Shown piece after piece: positions 53,713 to 64,000 of a stretch of 64,000 nt of DNA. The position numbers and the translations under genes were made by a program. Within the stretch, counting starts at the first letter, position 1. Each line of letters begins with the position of its first letter. The stretch lies in NCBI GenBank assembly GCA_964016885.1, contig OZ024742.1, positions 199,826,001 to 199,890,000 of the forward strand. Direction: 5' to 3'. Source of the stretch: Eledone cirrhosa (Eukaryota). The notes below the pieces were generated by a model. It was not told the DNA's origin, did no database searches, and saw only the letters and a list, made by a program, of their open reading frames with translations.

Positions 53713-53747
53713 GTTTATAATGGAGTGGAAAAGATGGGAAAGACCAC

Positions 53748-55609
53748 TTACCGTACTTTTCGTAGAGGAAGGATGGTTTCTCCATCCTTTTTCACTTGAT
53801 CGTCTGGTGAAGGGACCGTTGAATCGTCCCTTCGGCTGGTCGTCGGCTCTTCTATGAGTATGTCCGAATATACTCTCCGGTTGAGCGTCCCTCCTAGGTC
53901 TCTGAAATCACCAACTGCGTTGGGGAATTTCGTTTTAATGTTTGTGTATTGTTTCTGTTCTATTTTTACCAGTCTTATGTTCGTTGGCGTTTTGATTTGT
54001 GCTGGTATTATGTAGTCGTGCTGTGAAATGTCTGTGTGTTCAATTATGTAAGTCATTAGTTTCTTGTTGTGTGTATTTATTCCCGTGCATTTGTTTTTCT
54101 GGGGGTGGGGTGTGGTTCTGCTATTTTCTTGTCGTTGTTGCTGGGTGTGTGTGTTTTGTTGTTGTGTTTGCGATGTTGGTGCTTGTGGTGGTGGTGTTGA
54201 AGGTGTTGTTATTGTTGGCGGTGGGGTTGTCGCCGGTGGTGATGGTGGTGCTAGTGTGGGTGGTGATGATGTTGGTGGTGTTGCTGCTGTGAGTCTCTTT
54301 GCAGTAGCCTTTACCCATTTTTCATTTCTTTCCTCCCTTTTCGAAGGCGACGATGCGCTGCTTCTGCGTTTGTGCATTCTTACGACCTTTTGCCATCCCT
54401 CTCCCACCTCACACTCCATGTCTGATTCTGTGAGGTCGGGGAGGGGTACCAGCTCCACTCTTTCACTTGTTGTTGTTGGTGATGTTTGCACTGGAGTCTC
54501 TGTTGCAGCTGCATTTGGTATTACTGTTGTTGTTGTTAATACTTCCACTGCTGCTGCTGTTCTTGATTTCCGTGGCGTGGGTATGGGTGCCACGGACCTA
54601 TCGTTCCTGGTTGCCGCTTGTCCTGTTGCTGGTAGCTGTGGAGCCGGTTTCGGAAGGAGGGGGGTTTTCTCCTTTCTCGGGGTCTTCTCATTGCAGAAGG
54701 CCCTGAGGTGAGTCTTCGATCCACAGCGAAAGCATTTCGGGCGTTTGCCCTCAACACTTATGGGCAGTTGAGTGCCGTTATCGAAGTCTATCACATCCGG
54801 GATAGCTTCGATGCACTCCTGGTTGGTTTGGATTAACATCTCAAGGGAGGTGCCGACCCAATCTTCTCGTACTTTTTTCTGTACTTGCAGTACAGTTGTT
54901 TTGTCCTCGATTCCGACGAGGACAGACGCGGCCAGCCAAGAAGGGGCCATCCCGGGGGGGGGGGGGCGTGGGTCAGTTTGACCCTCCCAATTTTTTGTCC
55001 GCAGTAGGAGGGCACCAACACCATTTCCTCGCTCCTTAGGGTCACTAAGGATTGAGCCTTTGCCTCCTGGGGTGTGGCAAAAAGCACGTCTACGGTGACA
55101 TATTTCTTGCCTCGGGTGATATGCGTTTTCCGCTGCCACACAGACCCTAAGGCTTTTTGTATTTGAGCCTCTGTGGCTCTTTCAACCCTACGGGATTTTG
55201 TGCTTACTCTACGGTACGTGACCGTACAGTGCTGTTGGGTTTCGAAAAATTTTTCGGCTGCCTTGCAGATTGCTCAGTGTCCGGTTTTCTTCACCATCTT
55301 CTTCGCTTCCTGTAATTCCTCATTTGTTATGAGGATAGTTTCCAGGTTCTTTGCGATACCTGCAAACGAGATTGGTTTTTCTTTGCTGCTGCTGTTGTTG
55401 TTGTTGTTGTTGTCGTCAGAGCTGCTGTTACTTTTGTTTTTGCTGCAGGTACTACGACTACTGCCGCCGCCGCTGTTGCTGTGGTTGTTGAGAGACACAT
55501 TTAGAGAAGGGAGGGAGAGAGACAATCTTCTCTCTGCTGTAGTGACGATTGAGGAAGAAGACGACGGAATGAGTGGGAGTGACCTATGAAAATTCTTTTT
55601 CGGAGCCAT
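53748..55609 (-). pseudogene. ORF1 gag-like nucleic-acid-binding protein (frameshifted)
   Basis: CCHC knuckle CFRCGSKTHLRAFC, Pro/Thr-rich linker, GWQKV motif; probable start MAPKK at 55609. Confidence 0.8.
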
Positions 55610-55846
55610 GTTTTTTTTTGTTTAAAATAAATATTGGGCACAAAACCCCAATAAGCGGTTATTCAACCCCGAAGGGCCAAATAACGGGCAGAAAGACCCC
55701 TCTCACGAGGAGGAGGGTGTTTTTGTCTACAATTTGGTTAAAGTTTCAAACAATTTACAATTGTTATAGCGGTCAAAATTTACAATACCTTACACAGCCG
55801 AGCCTCCGTCAACCATAGCTTTCAATAATAATAATAATAATAATAA

Positions 55847-56005
55847 TAATTGTTTCTACAATTGGCACAAAGCCAGCAATTCGGAGAGAGGGGAAAGTCA
55901 ATTAAATCGACTCCGGTGCATTACTGGTACTTTATTTTATCGGCCTCGTAAGGATGAAAGGCAAAGCTAACCTCGGCGGGATTTGAACTCAGAACGTAAA
56001 GGGCC
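55847..56005 (-). mobile_element. SINE with (ATT)n tail
   Basis: Core and tail of the 23896 family. Confidence 0.8.
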
Positions 56006-56535
56006 AGAGCACAAAGGCCGACATATAGGGGACAATAGAAAGACAGGGACAGTGAGGGTTTACAATAAATTCGAGTAAAAATACACAATAACAAAAACAA
56101 TTAACAATAAGAATATAACAAAATAAATTCCCCAAGAGGGCGACTCAGGTACTCCACCAATCCTGAACCACACGACGCTTCGAGGACTCTCGGGAAGCGG
56201 ATCCCTCTCCTCCTCAAATTAACCGTCCGACAGGCGCATGCTCAGGGGCTATTCTCACCACATTCACCCACCTTTTAGCAAATGTACTGAGAGGCAGCAC
56301 TTCTCTCTCCAACCTCACCTTCCTTTCCAGGTGGAATTTGAAAAGAGTGGAACTTGAAAAGAGAAAAGTGTCTGTCTTCAGTCCTTTCAGCCTGGCCCAC
56401 CACACAACCCCTTTTTATATTGCTCCCAGGCAGAGGAAAATTGCCTGTCCTTCTCGGCCAAAAGAAGGCGGCGGGTCGATCTTAACTAAGGACTCGACCG
56501 ATAGACAGATCCATTTTACACGCGACAAGAGGTTT
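56006..56535 (-). mobile_element. L1/Tx1 3' fragment
   Basis: LSVESLVKIDPPPSFGREGQAIFLCL, WWARLKGLKTD, REVLP..RWV. Confidence 0.8.
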
Positions 56536-56541
56536 GTGGTT

Positions 56542-56711
<170 letters not shown>

Positions 56712-56724
56712 ATATCTATATATA

Positions 56725-57041
56725 TGTCAACTCTGTGTCACTTTTGAGCTGACGTTTAGGATGCTCCCATACAGCTCTGAGTTTTTCATCCTCAGTGTAT
56801 ACTGATTAATGTTCAGAGCCATCCTCAGCATTCTCGTGTAGCACCCATCCACCATCTGAGTGAGTTTCTTGGGAGCCCCTACATGGACACACTAGAAGAG
56901 GAAGACCAAGGTTAACGTATGTTGATGCCCTAAGGACAAACACTGGTCTGTTGGAGACGCAGGACATGGCAGCGATAATGATGGACAGAGACCGCTGGAG
57001 AGAACTCGTCCATGGATCTCGGGTATTTTACCCGCCTTAGA
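56725..57041 (+). mobile_element. RTE-like LINE 3' end with 5' inversion
   Basis: Plus strand [32 protein letters not shown]; minus strand 56725-56855 DGCYTRMLRMALNI..NSELYG. Confidence 0.75.
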
Positions 57042-57053
57042 ATATATATATAC

Positions 57054-57143
<90 letters not shown>

Positions 57144-57282
57144 AGTAAGTATGTTTTGAAACAGTGAGCAGGTTTGAAATGAGTATTGACGTACATGTAC
57201 GTCAATACTCATCTTTTTCCATTTATCTGAGGCTTCTAAACCCCATTATCAGGCTAAAATTCCTTTAGTAAAAAATACGGTG

Positions 57283-57324
<42 letters not shown>

Positions 57325-57339
57325 TATATATATAAATAA

Positions 57340-57590
57340 CAAATAGTTATCGCTCTACATAGCTGAATACAATAAATGTAATCTGAGTTTTTCGAATATC
57401 AATAATAATATTCGATTCATTTGCAATCATGCACACAACCTCTTTTATAAGCCATGTCAGTAGAATGAGCCGCTCATTCTCGCTCTTGTGTTGACATGTG
57501 GGGCTCATTCTACTGACATGGCTTAAAAGAGGCTGTTTGCATGATTGCAAATGAATCGAATATTATTATTGATATTCGAAAAACTCAGAA
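57340..57590. repeat. Fold-back element (arms ~57382-57470 / 57502-57589)
   Basis: Inverted arms in (TA)n; family shared with 33073 and 48013. Confidence 0.75.
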
Positions 57591-57715
57591 TATATATATA
57601 TTTTTAAGAACGATCGACTTTCGTCAAATCGGACCGAGGAAACATTGCTTCCGTTGGTCTTTCCAATTGCTAATACTATCTATCGGTCGCAACTCGAGGT
57701 AGAAGGAGCAACGTG

Positions 57716-57774
<59 letters not shown>

Positions 57775-57779
<5 letters not shown>

Positions 57780-57954
57780 AATTAACAAATGGAAACTATA
57801 TTTATAAAACGATATTTATTTCATTATACATATTTCAAGGGCCACCAAGGCAGATTATGGTGTACTTTCATCAGATAAAATATAATATAGATTAGTTTTA
57901 TAAATAAATATTGTCATACCTTGAAAAATACAACCTTCACGGTTGGAGTCTCCT

Positions 57955-57957
<3 letters not shown>
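57775..57957 (-). mobile_element. Family C terminal-repeat fragment with HHR (57819-57880)
   Basis: Reverse complement of 20915-21042. Confidence 0.7.
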
Positions 57958-58016
<59 letters not shown>

Positions 58017-58287
58017 GAGAGGTATAGAGATTGTTTTAGCAAGAAGCTAACGGCATTCTATAACATATATGCGACTATAACGTCAAGATGGGAAAAGTAG
58101 TTAACGAAAGATTTAGGAAAAATAACTCAAACTCATCTCAAAAGAGAATCAGGATATAAATTCATCCACAGAATTTAGTAAAATCCAGGGAAAAATCTAT
58201 AGACCTTTAACTCATGATAAAATAAACTTTGAAACACTTATCCTTCAATTTGGAATAACATCAAATCCTCTGTATAGTCTTAAAAGA

Positions 58288-58347
<60 letters not shown>

Positions 58348-58350
<3 letters not shown>

Positions 58351-58872
58351 AACAAGTAAGACCCCGACGGCTGAGCTCAAGCCGTTTCGACGGCTAATTC
58401 TGGACTGAATGAAAATTTATTCTGGTATTTAAATAGCCGAGCTTATCAAGGGGTAATTCCATATATGGTCAAAGAGATAATCACCAGGATTGGTCACATC
58501 ACAAGTTAGTAGTAAATCTGTGATGGCAAATTGGTGGGGGAAGGGGTAGCTAAACCTGCCGGTAGGAGAAAAGGGGAGAGGGAGTGGAGTAGACCCATTC
58601 ATGCGTTGGTAGAGCCGGCTACCGATTTACTACTAACTTGTGATGCGACCAAAACTGGTGATTATCTCTTTGACCATATATGGAATTACCCCTTGATAAG
58701 CTCGGCTATTTAAATACCAGAATAAATTTTCATTCAGTCCAGAATTAGCCGTCGAAAGGGCTTGAGCTCAGCCGTCGGGGTCTCACTTGTTCCTATTACC
58801 CACTCTACTACCCTAAGTATTGAGTACTTTGGTGCGTTATGGTCCACCTGGTTCCTTACCACATTTCCTTCG

Positions 58873-58875
<3 letters not shown>
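58348..58875 (+). mobile_element. Family A fold-back element (arms ~58348-58486 / 58656-58795, plus tail)
   Basis: Inverted arms, (TA)n flanks. Confidence 0.85.
58361..58454 (-). ncRNA. Type I hammerhead with U3-A8 core and long stem II, family A
   Basis: ACCCC-TTGATAA-GCTCGGCTA..TAGCCGTC-GAAAC-GGCT-TGAGCTC-AGCC-GTC-GGGGT. Confidence 0.75.
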
Positions 58876-58959
<84 letters not shown>

Positions 58960-59092
58960 TTAAAGAGTTAAACAAGATTCAATGAGTACATCAAAGAATG
59001 AGTTTTACAGTTGATTACAGAAAATAATTTTCCAGAGTTATTAATATTAAAATACAAATATTAATAAAATAGATGTTCTTTTGATCAATTAA

Positions 59093-59145
59093 ATTTTATT
59101 ATACATATTTCAGAGGTACAACAGTATGTCCTCATCAGACAAAAT
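59093..59145 (-). ncRNA. Hammerhead related to family C
   Basis: ATTTTGT-CTGATGA-GGAC..CCTCT-GAAA-TATGT-ATA-ATAAAAT; stem I pairing is kept despite differences from the 20944 copy. Confidence 0.55.
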
Positions 59146-59655
59146 ATAATGATACATGACATACCCTGAGATGTTAAATGGTTAAGATTTAATCAAGGTA
59201 GTGATTAACCTAAGAGAAAACTCAACATTTATACCCTAATAATGAGAAAATGCGAAAACGTAATAAATTCAATAGAGAATGTGTGAGTAAGAAAAACGTT
59301 GGTTAATGTGACAGCTATAGAGATTTTAAAATGTAGGATACTACAAGTTATGGTTATCTAGGAAAACATCTCATGAATTATAACAGTCCATGAGGGCCGC
59401 TGAAAGATGATTTAAAGAGAGGGAAAGATAAAGGGGAGTAATATATGCAGAAAGAGATTTTTTTCCCAAAAGCTAAACGGTTAAGTTTCAAAATTTACAC
59501 CGGGGAATATTTACCTAAATGTAATCTTTAACGAAGATTACCTATAAAAATGTCAACATTTTCGGTATGTAAAGTTTATGAAGTACGTATTGTTAGAAAT
59601 ATTTAAATAACGATTAGGTATATAGAGATATATTAATGAGCCAGTATATTTTAGG

Positions 59656-59789
59656 TAAATGATAACGAATATAAAAGAATTGTTTCTACTTTTGGCACAA
59701 GGCCAGCAATTACCGAATGCATTACTGGTACTTTATTCTATCGACCCCGGAAGGATGAAAGGCAAAGTTAAATGATAACGAATATAAAA
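59656..59789 (-). mobile_element. 5'-truncated SINE with 21-bp TSD
   Basis: TAAATGATAACGAATATAAAA at 59656 and 59769. Confidence 0.85.
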
Positions 59790-60348
59790 TAATAGATTCA
59801 AACATGCTAAAGTTAAATAGATACATATATATAAAAGGGTGTAAATGCATGAATTATTCACAGTTCGAAATAAATAATAATCTAAAAATTTAAAAGTTAT
59901 CTAAAAATTAGGCATAGAGGGATACAGAGAGATATATATAGATATATATTAAGTATTAGTGATACAGTATACTATAGGTAAATGATAACAATTATAATCT
60001 TATATAATAGATTTCAACGTGTTACAGTTAAAAACATACATATATATATAAGAAAAATAATAATAATAAATGCATGGATAATTCAGAGTTCAAAATAAGG
60101 TCGTAATAATTTATAGGTTGGATATTTGCTCTATATTTGAATCATGGATAGAAAAATAAGGTAGGTATATTTTAAAACTTACAAAAGGTAATTGCATACA
60201 TATTATAAATAAAAATGTAAACACATGAATGATTCACAGTTAAAAATAAGTTTCGTAAACTTATTTTTAACCGGTAAAGGAATCAAATAAATATATATAT
60301 TTTTTTAAAAATAAGACTCCAGTTGCATTTTCCATTTCATCTTTTTTT

Positions 60349-60435
<87 letters not shown>

Positions 60436-60807
60436 CGTAAGCGTAATTTGCAAAAAGGAAACTAAGACAACTGGATTGCAAAGAGGAATGATGGGTGGGT
60501 GAGACGGGTGTCTGGTGAGGGTGAATATGTAAGTAAACGATTCAGAAGTTGTGGTAGAAGTGATATAAGAGAAGAGCGAGAGAGTGTGGACAGGGAGATA
60601 AGAAATAGGAGAGAGAGGACAGAGAGAAAGTGAGAGATAGGGAGAGCGAGTGAAGGCGTGGGATCAAGAGAGAGTGAGAGATAGATAGATAGATAGAGAG
60701 AGAGAGAGTGAAAGAGAGATAGGTAGACAGATGGATATATATGTGTATATATATATATTTCTTCTTGTACTCTCTCGCATTATTCTCTTTCTCTCACTCA
60801 CTCTCTT

Positions 60808-60844
<37 letters not shown>

Positions 60845-60847
60845 GTG

Positions 60848-60920
<73 letters not shown>

Positions 60921-60950
60921 TATAATATATATAAATAATATTTATAATAT

Positions 60951-61017
<67 letters not shown>

Positions 61018-61021
61018 GAAG

Positions 61022-61074
<53 letters not shown>

Positions 61075-61697
61075 GGGTGCATGAAGTATCAGTTTAGTAT
61101 GTTTGTAAACAAAAGACAAGTTCCTTGCACAGTAAATTAGCCGAAAAGGAACAGAAGAAAATATATTTTCTACTCCCATTAAAAGTATAAACAAACATAC
61201 GAGATAATGGCAGTTTAACATTGTGGCTACACAACACAATTCCATAGATATATTCCCACCAAAGAATATCGAAAGAGTTTTGAAATATTTTACAGATCCT
61301 GAATAATTAATATTTAAAAATTTGTGTAGCTGTCAAAAAAAAAAAAAAAAAAAATCTGCGTGAAAATGTGAAAACTAAATCGTTTATATTTGAAATAACA
61401 ATTATGAAGTCGAAATGTTCTAACTGGGTTAAATTAAATTTTATTATTAATAACAATGGCTATTGATTGCATCAGAATAATAAATAAATAAATATGAAAA
61501 ATAATATAAAAAAATATAAATGAAATAATATTTTTTGTTTCTCTTAGATGGAACGAAACAAGTTTTATATTTAAAAAAGAAAATTATATTTTTGATTTAC
61601 GAAATTTAATTAGCTATTTTCTGTTCTTGAATTGAAATTTGTGATTGATTTGTAGGTAGTTTTATTACCTCTTTGGTTTTCTTTTCAAGTGAAACAA

Positions 61698-62480
61698 AGG
61701 CGGTGTATGGGAAAAGTAATGGGGGCAAAATGCACTGTAGTGTTCGTTATCGCTTCTTGCGTTTTGAGTTCAAATCCCACCGAAGTCAACTTTTCTTTTT
61801 ATCCCCTGTAAGTATGTAAGTATGTATTTATTTATGGACCTGTAACACTAGATGGAGTCATAGGGAACCGTGTTGGGCACTTTTTAAACTCGAGAGAGCC
61901 GGTCTGATCGCCAGGCCTGAACACAGAGAAGAAGAGAGGGAGTGATAGTGAGAAAGGGATATAGAGGAAGATTGACCCCAGTAGCGGGCTAGTATTTTTT
62001 TTATCGACCTGATGAAGTCAAAGTTGACTTCGGCGTGGCTTAAACTCAGTGCACAGAAAGCCTAAATGAATGCTGCGAAGCATTCCATCCTACATTCTAA
62101 TGACTCGGCCAGTTTACCGTCTCTCAGTTTACAGTCTTCTACCAGGGGCTTGTGTCTTCTACTATAGTCTTGACATTTTATTTCAATCGTGTAAAGCTTT
62201 AGAAAAATCTCCCCACCTTTGCTTCTTTTTTCTAAATCAACCAGCACCTCAATCCTGTCTTCCTCTTGTTAGAAATCCCTTTGGATTAGTGAACCTTTTC
62301 TTTCAGTTTCTTGCCAGCATGTTACACTCTCAAAGCGAGAGAGTTGCTAGGATGTCGGATTAAAAATGCCTTGTTATTTGTCCTGCACAATGTCTTCAGA
62401 GTTCACATCCGCCGATGCCAACTTTGTTTTTCATCATTTCGAGGTCGACAGATAAAGTACCAATCCAAATCCGGGATTAA
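61698..62480. mobile_element. Old diverged SINE copies (~61698-61807 +, 61975-62110 -, 62340-62480 +)
   Basis: Degenerate B-box and core motifs. Confidence 0.55.
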
Positions 62481-62653
62481 TTCTTCCTCTATTTATCTTT
62501 ATTATTTTATTTTTTCTCTTTTGCTATCACACAATTTTGACCTGGAGAAGAGTGGGTTCAGCCAAGTTTGAAATGCTCAAGACATGCCATGAGTCAATAC
62601 AGCGCCTCTATAACTGCACCAGGACTCACGGGCCCATACATACATACATACAT

Positions 62654-62830
62654 GGTGGCTGCCAACTCGTTTTCGAGTACGGCCACTACTTTATATCCAT
62701 GTAGGAGAACCCCATATACATACATATACATACATACATATACATACATACATATACATACATATACATACATACATATACATACATACATACATACATA
62801 CATACATACATACATACATACATACATACA

Positions 62831-62862
<32 letters not shown>

Positions 62863-63580
62863 GTCATACGCACGTACCTACATACATACATACATACATA
62901 TATGCATACATATGTACATGCATACATACATACATACATACATACATACATACATGGTGGCTGCCAACTCGTTTTCGAGTACGGTCACTACTTTATATCC
63001 ATGTAGGAGAACCCCTACCGATGCGCTGAACGAGTGTGACTTTTTAGTCCAGCCAGCGACATGAAAACTCTGGTACAAAAACTACATTTGTGACAATAAT
63101 TGACACATAGTGCTGGGCCCATGGTACCATGTGACGACAAGTGCAGAGACCTCCAGATATAAAGCAATGCCTGTGCCGTAAAGCTTTTGCTGGTTTAGTC
63201 GGCGACGACCCGACCATGCACAGGTTGTACTGGGTTACATGTTACCAGTACATACATACATACATGCATACATACATACATACATACATACATACATACA
63301 TACATACATACATACATACATACATGGTGGCTGCCAACTCGTTTTCGAGTATGGCCACTACTTTATATCCATGTAGGAGAACCCCTACCGATGCGCTGAA
63401 CGAGTGTGACTTTTTAGTCCAGCCAGCGACTTGAAAACTCTGGTACAAACACTACACTTGTGATAATTATTAACATATAGTGCTGGGCCCATGGTACCAT
63501 GTGACGACAAGTGCAGAGAGATCTCCAGATATAAAGCAATGCCTGTGCCGTGAAGCTTTTATAGTGAGCAAAGGCAGTGC
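62654..63580 (-). mobile_element. Three tandem RTE-like LINE 3' ends with (TATG)n tails
   Basis: Units start at 62654, 62956 and 63326; the two longer ones encode a terminal C2H2 finger, e.g. CSFCTRVFMSLAGLKSHTRSAHR*. Confidence 0.7.
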
Positions 63581-63746
63581 ACAAAGCCAGTCCCACTCTC
63601 TTAACCAAGATGATATTTACCAAAAAGAAGAACAAGTCAACATCATTGGATACCATCAGGGTTGCAGGTGTTATATCAGAGTTTTCCTTCATACATACAT
63701 ACATACATACATACATACAAACATACATACATACATACATACATAC

Positions 63747-64000
63747 AATAAATGTAGGCTATGTAAAACAAAGATCGAGGATGTAAGCCACATTGTTGCC
63801 AGCTGCGAAAGAATGTCATCTCGCTACTACCTCCCCATGAGACACGATGGGATAGCTAGAACTATCTGGAACGCACTTCGGAAAACAAAATTAACAACAA
63901 ACGAGGAAGAATATATTGAGACAGATGGCACTAAGGAATACTGGTGGAACCTGAAAATAAAAACTGCCACCAAATTAAAGCACAACCGGCCTGATATTGT
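63747..64000 (+). mobile_element. RLE-type non-LTR retrotransposon (R4/Dong-like) C-terminal fragment, running off the window
   Basis: Open frame CRLCKTKIEDVSHIVASC..RHD..WWN..HNRPDI: CCHC finger, RHD and start of the PD-(D/E)xK nuclease. Confidence 0.85.

Larger units (their letters stand above)
50147..55823 (-). mobile_element. Near full-length L1/Tx1-clade LINE flanked by (AAT)n
   Basis: 5' UTR, ORF1, ORF2 and a 3' UTR with AATAAA; (AAT)n at 50108-50146 and 55824-55850. Confidence 0.92.

Overview
This is AT-rich eukaryotic (metazoan) DNA with no host gene that I can support. It consists almost entirely of (TA)n, (CA)n, (TC)n, (ATT)n and (TACA)n microsatellites interleaved with transposable elements. 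The SINE families and microsatellite density suggest a coleoid cephalopod such as octopus (inference). Contents: Penelope-like retroelements (PLEs; RT + C-terminal GIY-YIG), including one uninterrupted 763-aa ORF framed by ~750-bp inverted pseudo-LTRs; two large L1/Tx1-type LINEs plus fragments; RTE, CR1 and R4/Dong-type LINE ends; nested Helitrons with a PIF1 helicase remnant; a mariner-like MITE; and about 15 tRNA-derived SINE copies. The main unannotated signal is a set of about 10 sequence-unrelated type I hammerhead ribozyme (HHR) motifs. They lie in PLE terminal repeats and in short fold-back elements inserted in (TA)n tracts. Some have non-canonical features: a U3-A8 core swap, long stem II insertions, and palindromic stem III. 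All RNA structures were paired by eye, and most entries in the ORF track are microsatellite artefacts.
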